From Bryobacterales bacterium (GTDB lineage Bacteria; Acidobacteriota; Terriglobia; Bryobacterales; UBA6623), in contig JAJDZN010000124.1 in the NCBI GenBank assembly GCA_022824585.1, positions 2,029 to 66,028 of the forward strand: a stretch of DNA of 64,000 nt. Direction: 5' to 3'. Shown one piece after another: positions 38,793-48,852 of the stretch. The first letter of the stretch is position 1. Every line of letters starts with the position of its first letter. A program made the translations under genes and the position numbers. Below the pieces are notes generated by a model. That model was given only the letters and a program-made list of their open reading frames with translations, was not told where the DNA came from and searched no databases.

Positions 38793-40062
38793 TGGTCATG
38801 TCATCTGCCTGCGGTGCGTCGCCACAAAAATCATTGACCTCTTTCAGCAGCGTCTCCAAGAGCTGGTCGGGCGGCAGCGCGGCCTGAGCGCGAGCCGAGG
38901 TGCGCAGGCGCTCGTCGCCGAACTCCTGGAAGTGGTCATTCATGGCCTCGCTGAACCCGTCGCTGTAGACCAGCAGGGTCTCGCCCGGTCTCAGTTCTGC
39001 TTCTCCCTGCTCGTAGGGGTAGCCCTGGAGCACGCCGAGCACCGGCCCGCCGGTCCTAAGCTGTTCGGGACGATCCCTACCGGGCAGCACGAGCGGAGGG
39101 TTGTGGCCCGCGTTGCAATACTCGAGCCGATGGGTGCTCGTGTCGAGCACGCCGTAGAACATCGTGACGAACTTGTCGGAGTCGGTGCTGGCGTGCAGCA
39201 TGTCGTTCGAGCGTGATACGCAGCTGGCCACGTCGGGCGAGGAGCGCCCCTGGCTGCGGATGGTCGCCTGTACGTTGGACATCAGCATCGCGGCCGTGAT
39301 GCCCTTGCCCGAAACGTCCGCTAGGCACAGGCCGAGACGGTCTTCGCCGAGTTCCAAGAAGTCGAAATAGTCCCCGCCGACCCGCTTGGCCGGTTCCGAG
39401 ATCCCGGAGATGACGTAACCCGGCACTTGCGGCGGCTGTTGCGGCAGCAGGTTCTTCTGGATTTCCCGGGCCAACCGCAGCTCCTCCTGAAGCACGACCA
39501 GAGCCTTTTCCTCTTCGGCCAGCCGGGCGTTCTCGACCACTTGGGCCGACTGCGTCGCGATGATGCTCAGCAGCCGCTGGTCCCCGTCGCTGAAGCCGCT
39601 CGAGCCTTGCTTGTTGAAGACGTTCACGACTCCGGTCAGGCGGCCCTTGAGCATCATCGGCACGCACAGCAGCGATTGAATGTGGTTGCCGTCTGCGGCA
39701 CCGCGAAAGCGCGTTTCCGATTCGAAATCGTCAATCACCAGCGGCTTGCGGTTCTTCAGCATCCAGCCGGTGATCTGGTCGCCCAGGCGCATGGGGATGA
39801 TCTGCGAGTCGTCCTGCTCGATCTTGCGGACCATCGTCTTGAGGCTCACGCCCTGCTCGCGCCGGTCGAACAGCAGGACGGCTCCCTGCTCGACCCGCAG
39901 ATGCTTGACGCACTTCTGCACGATCAGGTCCACGGTGGCGTCGAGCGAGGAGGTCGACGACACGGCCGTGGAAACCTCGTTGAGGATCGAAAGCTCCTCC
40001 ACCGCCGCCCGCAGGCGGCGGTTCTCATCCTCGAGGCGTGAGATGCGTCTGGCTGAGTCCAT
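38764..40062 (-). CDS. GAF domain-containing PP2C/SpoIIE-family serine phosphatase
   Basis: N-terminal coiled coil, a GAF-like middle region, and a C-terminal GGDYFD...DVSGKG...SDG PP2C pattern. Confidence 0.85.
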   Translation of the reverse strand: MDSARRISRLEDENRRLRAAVEELSILNEVSTAVSSTSSLDATVDLIVQKCVKHLRVEQGAVLLFDRREQGVSLKTMVRKIEQDDSQIIPMRLGDQITGWMLKNRKPLVIDDFESETRFRGAADGNHIQSLLCVPMMLKGRLTGVVNVFNKQGSSGFSDGDQRLLSIIATQSAQVVENARLAEEEKALVVLQEELRLAREIQKNLLPQQPPQVPGYVISGISEPAKRVGGDYFDFLELGEDRLGLCLADVSGKGITAAMLMSNVQATIRSQGRSSPDVASCVSRSNDMLHASTDSDKFVTMFYGVLDTSTHRLEYCNAGHNPPLVLPGRDRPEQLRTGGPVLGVLQGYPYEQGEAELRPGETLLVYSDGFSEAMNDHFQEFGDERLRTSARAQAALPPDQLLETLLKEVNDFCGDAPQADDMTIMAVQRLGS

Positions 40063-40111
40063 GGCTGGGCGGGCGGCTATGGTCGAGGCAGCGGCTTGAT
40101 CCTAGCGGATT

Positions 40112-40507
40112 TCAACCGCGCTCCACGAGTTCCAGCAGCACGCCGCCGGTCTCGCTGGGGTGCACGAACACATACTTGTAGCCCTCGGCACCGATCTGGA
40201 CGCGGTCCGTCACCAGGCGGCGACCCGACTGGCGGATCGTTTCCGCCGCGGCTTCGATGTCGGCGACCTGCAGCGCGAGGTGGTGCATGCCCTCGCCGCG
40301 GCGCTCGAGAAAGCGGGCGATGACCGAGTCCTGGGAGGTGGGCTGCAGCAGCTCGATCCGGCCCTCGCCGGCCGGCAGCAGCGCCGCCTCCACTTTCTCG
40401 TGGGCGACCACGCTGCGGTGTGTCGGCTCCACGCCCAAGGAGTCGCGGTAAAACTCCAGCGCCCGGTCGATCGAGCGCACCGCGATGCCGATGTGGTCGA
40501 CAGTCAT
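40112..40507 (-). CDS. mce: methylmalonyl-CoA epimerase (VOC family)
   Basis: MTVDHIGIAVRSID...GMHHLALQV. Its ATG at 40507 overlaps the meaB TGA as ATGA. Confidence 0.85.
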   Translation of the reverse strand: MTVDHIGIAVRSIDRALEFYRDSLGVEPTHRSVVAHEKVEAALLPAGEGRIELLQPTSQDSVIARFLERRGEGMHHLALQVADIEAAAETIRQSGRRLVTDRVQIGAEGYKYVFVHPSETGGVLLELVERG

Positions 40508-41430
40508 CGCTTCCATTGTTGCTTGAAGCGGCCCGCGATCGCTTGCGTGTACGCGTATGGGTTGAGCTCGCCCGCGGCGATGGCTTCGGCGGCCCGGTCC
40601 AGATCCGGCTCGAGGCCCGCGCTGTCCAGCAGCATCGCCTGCAGCTCGCCGCTGAGGCGCTTCAGCAGCTGCCGCTTCCAATACGCTGGATCGGACGGAG
40701 CGCGGGCGGTCCGTCGCAAGGCCTCGACCAATTCCTCGATGCCGTCGCAGCGGCTGGCTGTGGTGCGCAAGACGGGCGGCTTGGGCTGTCCAGGCGGGAT
40801 CAACGAGATCATGGCCAGGATCTGGCGCTCTAGCTCGTCAGCGCCCGGCTGGTCGGCCTTGTTAATCACAAAGACGTCAGCGATCTCCATGATTCCGGCC
40901 TTGGCCGCTTGGATATCGTCGCCGGAAGCGGGTGTCAGCACCACTGCCACCGTAGCCGCGAGATGCACGACATCGACCTCGCTCTGGCCGACGCCTGCCG
41001 TTTCGATCAAGACTGCGTCGTGCCCCGCTGCGTCCAGCAGGGCCAGCGCATCTCCGACCGCTGGCGCCAGCCCCCCGAGTTCCCCCCGGGCCGCCATCGA
41101 GCGGATAAAGACGCCGGAATCGCCGTGATGGCGCTGCATCCGCACTCGATCGCCGAGGATTGCGCCGCCAGTGAAGGGGCTGCTCGGGTCGACCGCGAGA
41201 ATCCCCACTGACATGCCGTCGCTGCGCAAGTGGCGCGCGATGCAGTCGACCAGCGTGCTCTTGCCGGCGCCGGGCGGGCCGGTGATCCCGAAGCGCTGGG
41301 CCGCGGTGTTGGGATCGTGCAGATCGGCCAGCAGCTCATCGGTGCCGCCGGAGCGGTTCTCGACCGCGCTGAGCGCCCGAGCCAATGCGCGCGGATCGCC
41401 TCGCCGGATGCGATCGGCCAGCAGTTTCAC
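40504..41430 (-). CDS. meaB: methylmalonyl-CoA mutase-associated GTPase
   Basis: P-loop GITGPPGAGKSTLVD and the NKAD motif. GTG start with GGGAG upstream. Confidence 0.9.
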   Translation of the reverse strand: MKLLADRIRRGDPRALARALSAVENRSGGTDELLADLHDPNTAAQRFGITGPPGAGKSTLVDCIARHLRSDGMSVGILAVDPSSPFTGGAILGDRVRMQRHHGDSGVFIRSMAARGELGGLAPAVGDALALLDAAGHDAVLIETAGVGQSEVDVVHLAATVAVVLTPASGDDIQAAKAGIMEIADVFVINKADQPGADELERQILAMISLIPPGQPKPPVLRTTASRCDGIEELVEALRRTARAPSDPAYWKRQLLKRLSGELQAMLLDSAGLEPDLDRAAEAIAAGELNPYAYTQAIAGRFKQQWKR

Positions 41431-41599
41431 AGCAATCCGCTCCCTGCCGGCGACCGTTCCTGTGTACAGACGTGCCGCATCGTGCGGGCCGATTTCGATT
41501 GTATCCGGGAGACGCAGCAGACTAGTGCCGCCCCGCGCAATGCCTCGCTCCAGACGGGCTCTCGCCTGCTAGCGGGGCGCTACACTGAAGTCAGCTCCA

Positions 41600-44500
41600 G
41601 TGCCGCAATGGGTGCCTCAGAAATGTGCAGTGCTTGCCGAAAAACCCTCGGTCGCGCGCGACATTTCGAAGGCGCTGGGAGCGACCGCGAGAGGCAGCGG
41701 ATTCTTCCACGGCAACGGCGTGGTGGTGACGTGGGCGATCGGCCACTTGGTCCATCTCGCCGAGCCGCACCAGATTGATCCGGCATGGAAGGAGTGGCGG
41801 CGTTCGCTGCTGCCCATGCTTCCGGGCGAATGGCCGCTGATCGTGGACGAGGAGCGGGCGGACCAGTTCGGCGTCGTCAAGAAAATCCTCAACAGCCCGA
41901 AGATCGAGCGGTTGGTCTGCGCCACCGACGCGGGCCGCGAGGGCGAGCTGATCTTCCGCCAGATCTACGCCGCGGCCGGCTCGTCCAAGCCGGTGGACCG
42001 GCTCTGGATTTCGTCGCTGACGCAGGACGCGATCCGGCGCGGCTTCCAGAACTTGCAACCGGCCAGCGGCTTCGACGACTTGGCGGCGGCCGCGCGTGCG
42101 CGCAGCCGCGCCGATTGGCTCGTCGGCATGAATCTCACGCGGGCCTACACGCTCGACCACGCCGACAGCGAGGTGCTCTCGGTCGGGCGGGTGCAGACGC
42201 CTACCCTGGCCATGCTGGTGGAGCGCGAGATCGCCATACGGGACTTCGTTCCCGAGGACTATCTGGAAGTTCACGCCGAGTTTGACGCAGGTGAGGGAAA
42301 GCACTACCGCGGCGTCTATTTTCGACTCGAAAAGGGCAAGCGGCAGCAGAGGCTAGCGGCTGACGGCAAGCAAGCGGCCGAGATCGTCGCAAGGGCCCGG
42401 GCAGGACGCGCCGATATCGTCTCGGTCAAGCGGACCCGGCATCGCCAGCCGCCGCCACATCTGTACGACCTCACCGAACTCCAGCGTCACGCCAACCGCT
42501 TGTACGGCTTCAGCGCCGAGCGCACACTCGGCATAGCGCAGGCTCTGTACGAGAAGCACAAGGCAATCACGTACCCCCGCACCGACAGCCGCTTTCTCTC
42601 CAGCGATGTTGCCAGCCAGGCGCCCCAGATCGCGTCGCGCGTGGTGCGCGGCTATGACGAGTCGTTGCTCGCGCCCGGCACCGGCACCGAACCGCTGCCG
42701 GGTCGGTTCGTGAACGATGCCAAGGTCACCGATCACCACGCCATCATTCCGACCGGTTCGGCCAGCGGCGTGCGCGATGGGTCGGCCGAAGCGAAAGTGC
42801 TCGACCTGATCAATCGCCGCTTTCTCCAGGCGTGGCACGCGGAACACCGCTATTCCTCCACGACCGTGATCACCCGCGTCGTGCACAGGGCAGACGAGGA
42901 TCAATACCTGTCCAGCGGCAAAGCCATCGACGATCCCGGCTGGAAGCTGCTCGACGCCGCGCCGGCGAACAAGCGCGAACCCAAGTCCGAGCCGGACCTG
43001 CCAAGCGGCTTGCGCCAAGGCCAGAGGGTGGAGGTGCAAGCGGCCGAGGCAGTCAAGAAGCGGACCAAGCCGCCGCCGCGGTTCACGGACGCAACCTTGC
43101 TGACGGCCATGGAGTCGGCGGGCAAGACACTCGACAGCCAAGCGCTCTCGGACGCCATGAAGGAGCGCGGCATCGGCACGCCGGCGACCCGCGCCTCGAT
43201 CATCGAAACGCTCCTAAAGCGTTCCTATGTCGAGCGCGAGAAGAAGACCCTGCGGGCTACCGAGAAGGGGATCCGCCTGCTCGACCTCGTTCATCCCAAG
43301 GTCCGCAGCCCGGAAATGACCGGAGAGTGGGAGGCCAAGCTGCGCAGCATCGAGCGCGGCGATGGCGGCTACGACAAGTTCATGCAGGGCATAGAGGAGT
43401 TCGTGCGCGACGTTGTCGGCGGTTCTGCCAACGGTTCAGCCTCCGCAAGCCACCGCAGTGTGGCCCGTTCGCAGCCGCCAACGAGCCCGCCGTCGCCCGC
43501 AGCCCGCGGGGGTACCGGGCTGGGCTCTCGGTTGACGCGGCGGAAAGCGGTCGCAGCTGACCAATCCGTCAAGCCCGCCGCCACGCCCGAGCCGCCGGTG
43601 GGCGCTCCCGGCGGACGCTCCGAGAAAACAGTGCCTACCCCTAGGCCGGCACTCCCGCGGCGCGGTTTAGGTTCGCCGCCGCCCGATCGGCCACCCCCGC
43701 CGGCTCCTTCCGGGCCGAAGCCGGCAGCTGTCTCCCCGGAGCGGCTGCGCGAACTGCTGCGATCGCGCTTCGGGCATGCCTCCTTTCGCCCGAACCAGGA
43801 GGCGGTCTGCCAAGATGTCGTGGCCGGCCGGGACGTGCTTCTCGTCATGCCGACTGGAGCGGGCAAGTCGCTTTGCTACCAGCTGCCCGGAATCGCCCGC
43901 GGCGACACCACGATTGTGATCAGCCCGCTGATCGCACTGATGGAGGACCAGACGGACAAGCTGCGCCAGCAGGGGTTCAAGGCCGAGCGGATCCATTCGG
44001 GGCGCGACCGGCTCGAATCGCGGCGCGTGTGCAAGGAGTATGTCGCGGGCGAGCTGGATTTTCTCTACATCGCTCCCGAGCGTCTGGCCGTGCCGGGCTT
44101 TCCCGAATTCCTGGCGAAGCGCACGCCGGGCCTGGTCGCCATCGATGAGGCGCATTGCATTTCCATGTGGGGCCATGACTTCCGCCCGGAGTACAGACGC
44201 TTGCGCGAGCGCTTGCCGTCCCTGCGTCCGGCCCCGGTGATCGCGCTGACAGCGACGGCCACGCCCATCGTCCAGCGCGACGTGATCGAGCAATTGGGCT
44301 TGGGCGATTGCAAGCGCTCGATTCATGGGTTCCGGCGCGAGAACCTGCAGATTGAGCTCGTGGAACTCGTGCCGTCACTGCGGCCCGCCGCCTTGGCAAG
44401 GCTGATGCTTGACGACTCGCGACGGCCGGCGATTGTCTACGCTCCGACCCGCAAGGCTGCTGAGGCGCAGGCCGAGTTGTTGCAGTCGAGCATGCCCGCG

Positions 44501-45802
44501 GCGGCCTATCACGCCGGCATGCCGGCCGAGGACCGTGACCGCGTGCAGGCCGCGTTCCTACGGGGAGACCTTGAAGTCATCGTCGCCACGATCGCATTCG
44601 GCATGGGCATCGACAAGCCGGACGTGCGCACGGTTGTCCATACTGGGCTGCCGGGTTCGATCGAGGGCTACTACCAAGAGATCGGCCGCGCGGGACGCGA
44701 CGGACTGCCCTCCAAGGCAATCCTGCTGCACTCGTGGGCGGACCGCAAGACGCACGAGTTCTTCTTGGAACGGGATTATCCCGAGCCGCCGAAGCTCGAA
44801 GCGATGTTCAACCGCCTCAGCACCGCCAAGCTGCCGGTCGGCGAATTGGCCGCCGACTTCTCCGGCGACCCCGAGGAGTTCGAGAGGGCGCTCGAGAAGC
44901 TGTGGATGCATGGCGGGGTGAGGATCGACGCAGACGATCAGGCCACCAAGGGCGACGGGAAGTGGCGGGCGCGCTATGAGGAGCAGCGCGCCTACAAGCT
45001 GCGGCAGCTGGACCAAGTGAGCGACTTCACCCGCTCCAACCAGTGCCGCATGCTCGACTTGGTGCGGCACTTCGACGACTTGGAGGATTCGCTCAAGCCC
45101 TGCCAGCATTGCGACAACTGCGACCCGGAGACCTGCACCGTCAAGACGTTCCGGCCGCCCACGCCGCAGGAATCGGCGGTGCTGGACACGATTCGACAGG
45201 CCCTGCGCGAGCGTGACGGACAGTCGGTCGGCAAGGTCTTTCGCGAGAGCGTGGAGCCGAACAACGTGGATCGAAAGACGTTCGAGCGGCTGGTGGACGG
45301 TTTACAGCGGGCGGACTTGGCGCGCATCGACCACGATTCCTTCGTCAACGCGCAGGGCGAGTCGATCGAGTACCGCCGCATCTGGCTGACGCCGGACGGT
45401 CGCAGCGCGACGAGCCTCGGCAGTTGCGTCAGGCTGCCCGCCGAACGCGCGGGCCTGGGGCCCGCGAAGCGGGCATCGCGACCGAAAAAGAGCGCCACGG
45501 CTGGCTCGGCGGGAAGGCGCAATGGCAGCCGCGCCACGAAGCAGTTTGGCTTGGGAGAGACCCCGCCCCGCGACGATTCTGACCAGTTGATCTCCTCCGC
45601 GCTGCGCGCCTGGCGAAAGTCCGAGGCGGGAAGACGCAAGATGCCCGCGTTTCGCGTGTTTCCCGATCGCACCTTGAACGCCTTGGTCGATCACAAGCCC
45701 TCGAACGACGCCGAGCTGCTGAAGGTGCCCGGTGTCGGGCCTGCGGTCGCGAAGAAGTACGGGGAGCAGTTGCTGCGGGTCATTCGCACTTCCGGCGCTT
45801 GA
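41600..45802 (+). CDS. DNA topoisomerase III (type IA) fused to RecQ helicase
   Basis: One uninterrupted ORF of 1400 aa. N-terminal half: LAEKPSVARDI, ATDAGREGELIF (TOPRIM), GRVQTPTLAML, and the active-site tyrosine motif ITYPRTDSRFL. C-terminal half: FRPNQ, MPTGAGKSLCYQLP, DEAHCISMWGHDFRPEY, QEIGRAGRDG, Zn motif CRM...CQHCDNC, and an HRDC-like end. The true start may be the GTG at 41630. Confidence 0.9.
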   Translation: MPQWVPQKCAVLAEKPSVARDISKALGATARGSGFFHGNGVVVTWAIGHLVHLAEPHQIDPAWKEWRRSLLPMLPGEWPLIVDEERADQFGVVKKILNSPKIERLVCATDAGREGELIFRQIYAAAGSSKPVDRLWISSLTQDAIRRGFQNLQPASGFDDLAAAARARSRADWLVGMNLTRAYTLDHADSEVLSVGRVQTPTLAMLVEREIAIRDFVPEDYLEVHAEFDAGEGKHYRGVYFRLEKGKRQQRLAADGKQAAEIVARARAGRADIVSVKRTRHRQPPPHLYDLTELQRHANRLYGFSAERTLGIAQALYEKHKAITYPRTDSRFLSSDVASQAPQIASRVVRGYDESLLAPGTGTEPLPGRFVNDAKVTDHHAIIPTGSASGVRDGSAEAKVLDLINRRFLQAWHAEHRYSSTTVITRVVHRADEDQYLSSGKAIDDPGWKLLDAAPANKREPKSEPDLPSGLRQGQRVEVQAAEAVKKRTKPPPRFTDATLLTAMESAGKTLDSQALSDAMKERGIGTPATRASIIETLLKRSYVEREKKTLRATEKGIRLLDLVHPKVRSPEMTGEWEAKLRSIERGDGGYDKFMQGIEEFVRDVVGGSANGSASASHRSVARSQPPTSPPSPAARGGTGLGSRLTRRKAVAADQSVKPAATPEPPVGAPGGRSEKTVPTPRPALPRRGLGSPPPDRPPPPAPSGPKPAAVSPERLRELLRSRFGHASFRPNQEAVCQDVVAGRDVLLVMPTGAGKSLCYQLPGIARGDTTIVISPLIALMEDQTDKLRQQGFKAERIHSGRDRLESRRVCKEYVAGELDFLYIAPERLAVPGFPEFLAKRTPGLVAIDEAHCISMWGHDFRPEYRRLRERLPSLRPAPVIALTATATPIVQRDVIEQLGLGDCKRSIHGFRRENLQIELVELVPSLRPAALARLMLDDSRRPAIVYAPTRKAAEAQAELLQSSMPAAAYHAGMPAEDRDRVQAAFLRGDLEVIVATIAFGMGIDKPDVRTVVHTGLPGSIEGYYQEIGRAGRDGLPSKAILLHSWADRKTHEFFLERDYPEPPKLEAMFNRLSTAKLPVGELAADFSGDPEEFERALEKLWMHGGVRIDADDQATKGDGKWRARYEEQRAYKLRQLDQVSDFTRSNQCRMLDLVRHFDDLEDSLKPCQHCDNCDPETCTVKTFRPPTPQESAVLDTIRQALRERDGQSVGKVFRESVEPNNVDRKTFERLVDGLQRADLARIDHDSFVNAQGESIEYRRIWLTPDGRSATSLGSCVRLPAERAGLGPAKRASRPKKSATAGSAGRRNGSRATKQFGLGETPPRDDSDQLISSALRAWRKSEAGRRKMPAFRVFPDRTLNALVDHKPSNDAELLKVPGVGPAVAKKYGEQLLRVIRTSGA

Positions 45803-45934
45803 GGGAACTGTGTCCGGCGGTGAAGCCCGGCCAGTCCGGCCCGGCCGCGACCGGGCCTACAATTGAGATCACAGGCAGCAGGCCCGGCACGGCGCCGTGC
45901 CCAGAGCCCTGCGGCCGAAGGTGCTAGCAGCAAG

Positions 45935-46564
45935 ATGGCCACCCATTGCACCTGCGGCAGCCCCTTGCCTCCGGGCGCTTCGTTCTGCCCCCGCTGCGGG
46001 CGGCCGCTAGTCCCGGGCGTGGGCGAGCCCGAAGTGCCGTTCGAACAGCCGGCGCAACCCGAGCCGACGCCGCAAGAGCTAACCGCAAAGGACTACATCA
46101 GAGCCATCGGGCCGCCCGCCATAGCGGGCATGTCCCTGCGCTTTCTTCTCAGCGCGCTGGTCTCGCTGTTTGGCCTGGGCTTAGTCGCGGCGATGCTGGG
46201 CATCGGCGTCGTGTGGCTGGCGGCGTACTACGCGGTAAGGCGCTTCGAGCAGAGAGTCGCGCCGGTCTCGAGTTTGTGGCACGGATTCGGCGTCGGGACG
46301 CTCACGGGCCTGCTGTGCTACCTTCCGACGCTCGTCACGCAGCTGGCAGTGCTAGGCGGGCCGGGCCAAGAGGCTTTTCTGGAGGCATTGCAGGAGCAGG
46401 CACAAGATTCGCCCATCATCGCCGGAGCGGCTACCGCACTCGAGGATCCGACCGTGTTCTGGGGCGCGATGGTATTGACCATCCTGGTAGAGGCCACCGT
46501 GCTGGTAGCCGGGGCTGGCGGGTTCGGAGCGCTGGCCGCGAAGACCGTGATGAACGAGCGCTAG
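45935..46564 (+). CDS. zinc-ribbon membrane protein
   Basis: N-terminal CTCG...CPRCG followed by 4-5 TM segments. The ATG at 45935 is preferred. Confidence 0.6.
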   Translation: MATHCTCGSPLPPGASFCPRCGRPLVPGVGEPEVPFEQPAQPEPTPQELTAKDYIRAIGPPAIAGMSLRFLLSALVSLFGLGLVAAMLGIGVVWLAAYYAVRRFEQRVAPVSSLWHGFGVGTLTGLLCYLPTLVTQLAVLGGPGQEAFLEALQEQAQDSPIIAGAATALEDPTVFWGAMVLTILVEATVLVAGAGGFGALAAKTVMNER

Positions 46565-46630
46565 CGGGGTGTCGGCGGGGCACCCGGGAAACCGAGCACC
46601 CGCGACGGCGGGAGCGGGATCGCCCTGCGT

Positions 46631-46636
46631 TATACT
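46631..46636 (+). promoter_or_regulatory. -10 box TATACT, 6 nt upstream of GTG start (leaderless candidate)
   Basis: TATACTcgcagcGTG, with the GTG at 46643. Confidence 0.35.
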
Positions 46637-46642
46637 CGCAGC

Positions 46643-47590
46643 GTGGAGTCTGGCAAGGCTTCCGAGTGCTACTCGCGGTCTAGCATTCGGCGGATCTTGG
46701 GGATCAACGAGAACCGGCTGCGCGCGTGGGAGCGAGCCGGGCTGACCGAGGTCAAGCAGAGCTATAGCTTCGCGGATCTGATCTCGCTCAGAACGCTGCA
46801 GGGGTTGCGCGCCGAGCGCATTTCGACAAAGCGTATCCAGCAGGCACTCAAGCAGCTGCGACACCGTCTGGACTCCGTCCGAGAGCCGCTAAGCGAGCTC
46901 AAGATCGTCTTGGACGGCCGTCGCATCGCGTTCGAGCTGCCGGGAGAGAAGATCGAAGCGCTGACTGGCCAGTTGTTGCTCAAGTTCGATGTCGAGCAGT
47001 TGCGCCAGGCGTCGGTCGTCGAAATTCAGAGCAGCCCGACACGGTCGGGCGAGCCCGCATTGGACGGCGAAGCGCTATTCCAGCGCGCCCTCGAGCTGGA
47101 GAGCAGCGGCGCGCCTGTGCCGGAACTCGTTGGTCTCTATCGCAAGGTGCTGGAACGCGATCCTGCGGCGGCCGGTGCATTGGTGAATCTCGGCACGCTG
47201 CAATTCCGGCAGGGCGAGACCGCCCAGGCCGAACAGCACTACCGCGATGCGCTGCGGCTGTACCCGAACTATGCTTTGGCGCACTACAACCTAGCGAACG
47301 TCTGCGATGCCTCGGGCAGGCTCGAAGAAGCCGTTCAGCACTATTCCAACGCCCTGCGCTACTGCCCCGACTATGCCGACGCGCACTATAACCTCGCGCT
47401 GGTGGAAGAGCGCCTCGAGCGCTTGGCCGAGGCGGCGCGTCACTGGAGCGCCTACCTCCAGTTCGATTCGTCCAGTCCCTGGGCGAAGATCGCGCGCCTC
47501 AAGCTGCGACAATTGCGCGAACCCGGCAAGGGCGGCCCCCAGCCTGTTGGGACCACGTTCCGCAAGCCGTTCGACGGCGCGCCAGAGTAG
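46643..47590 (+). CDS. MerR-type HTH + TPR repeat protein
   Basis: YSRSSIRRILGINENRLRAWERAGL HTH. The C-terminal TPRs include AHYNLANVCDASGRLEEAVQHYSNALRYCPDYADAHYNLA. Confidence 0.75.
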   Translation: MESGKASECYSRSSIRRILGINENRLRAWERAGLTEVKQSYSFADLISLRTLQGLRAERISTKRIQQALKQLRHRLDSVREPLSELKIVLDGRRIAFELPGEKIEALTGQLLLKFDVEQLRQASVVEIQSSPTRSGEPALDGEALFQRALELESSGAPVPELVGLYRKVLERDPAAAGALVNLGTLQFRQGETAQAEQHYRDALRLYPNYALAHYNLANVCDASGRLEEAVQHYSNALRYCPDYADAHYNLALVEERLERLAEAARHWSAYLQFDSSSPWAKIARLKLRQLREPGKGGPQPVGTTFRKPFDGAPE

Positions 47591-47623
47591 TCGTCGCCTG
47601 CGGTTCGGTACTATCGGGAATCC

Positions 47624-48328
47624 ATGCAGCGGTCCCTCGAGCACGTCAGCACACTGACTTTCGACATGTTCGGCACTGTGCTGAACTTGTCCGGCTCTAT
47701 CGTTCCAGCAGTGCGCGATTTCCTGGCGGCGGCCGGAGCGGACGCCGACGCGGCCGCGGTGTGGGCTGACTGGCGGACGCGCCAGCGGCTCCAGCAGCAT
47801 CAGGACACGATCTTGATGTTGGGGCACAGAGGCTACCTCGACTCCGCCCGCCGAGCCCTGCAGCACACCCTAAAGCGCCACGGCGTGGCGTACACGGAGG
47901 ACGGCGTGCAGGACTTGCTGCAGGTGTTCGAGCGCCTGCGTCCGTTCGACGACGCCCAAGCGGGCTTGTTGCGGCTGGGCGGGCGCTATCGGCTCGTGGC
48001 GCTCTCGAACGGCGATCGCGACTTGGTGGAGCGCTTGGCGACCAACAACGTCGAAGCAACGTTTGACAGGAGCCTGTCGGTAGACAGCGTGGGTCGCTTC
48101 AAGCCGCATCCCTCGGTGTACCGGATGGCCGCGGGCGAGCTAGGCTGCGAACCCGGCGAGATCATGATGGTGGCGGCCCATGCATTCGACATCTTGGGGG
48201 CTAGGGCGTGCGGCTACCGCGGCGCCTATGTCAACCGCTACGGACGGCCCTACGAGGAGTCGGCGTTGCTGCCGGACTTCGAGGTCCGAGACTTCAATGA
48301 GCTGGCCGACCGGCTGCTGGCCCGCTGA
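47624..48328 (+). CDS. haloacid dehalogenase type II / HAD-family hydrolase
   Basis: FDMFGTVLN nucleophile motif, LSNGD, and a C-terminal AHAFD.GA block. Confidence 0.85.
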   Translation: MQRSLEHVSTLTFDMFGTVLNLSGSIVPAVRDFLAAAGADADAAAVWADWRTRQRLQQHQDTILMLGHRGYLDSARRALQHTLKRHGVAYTEDGVQDLLQVFERLRPFDDAQAGLLRLGGRYRLVALSNGDRDLVERLATNNVEATFDRSLSVDSVGRFKPHPSVYRMAAGELGCEPGEIMMVAAHAFDILGARACGYRGAYVNRYGRPYEESALLPDFEVRDFNELADRLLAR

Positions 48329-48369
48329 GCGGATCCGTTCGCTGCGCCGCGCTTCTACGCCGCGTCAAC

Positions 48370-48807
48370 TTGGCGAAGCCGGGCTCGCGCCGGCGCTCCA
48401 GGCCGGCTAGCAGACTGCGTCGCGTGCGATGGTTCATCTTGTCGTCCGGCCACGGAACGGCCTTCCTGCGCCTGGTGTGGGGGAAGTACCGGGCCGAGAT
48501 GGTCGCGGCGATCATTGCGGCCACCGCGCTGCCGCTGCTGTTCGGATGGGTGCCGCCCAACCCGTACTACGGATTCCGCACGCCGCGCTCCATGAGTTCG
48601 CCGGAAGCCTGGTATCGGGCGAACCAGATCATGGCGTGCTATCTGCTGGCATCCCAAGCCCTGGGCCTTCTGTCCAAGCGGCACGTGACCGCAACGCTGA
48701 TCTCCCGCTGGGGCAGGGACGAATCGACATGGGCGACGCCTTGGATATGCGCCGCCGCGCTCCTGGGCGTGCTAGGCTCTGTCGCTCATTTCTACTGGAT
48801 GGGCTGA
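48370..48807 (+). CDS. SdpI/YhfL-family membrane protein
   Basis: PPNPYYGFRTPRSMSSPEAWYRAN motif between TM segments. The start is uncertain; an alternative ATG lies at 48499. Confidence 0.55.
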   Translation: MAKPGSRRRSRPASRLRRVRWFILSSGHGTAFLRLVWGKYRAEMVAAIIAATALPLLFGWVPPNPYYGFRTPRSMSSPEAWYRANQIMACYLLASQALGLLSKRHVTATLISRWGRDESTWATPWICAAALLGVLGSVAHFYWMG

Positions 48808-48852
48808 GCGCCGCGGCGCGCGCGGCGATGCTGACAGCCGTGGCAGCGTCGT

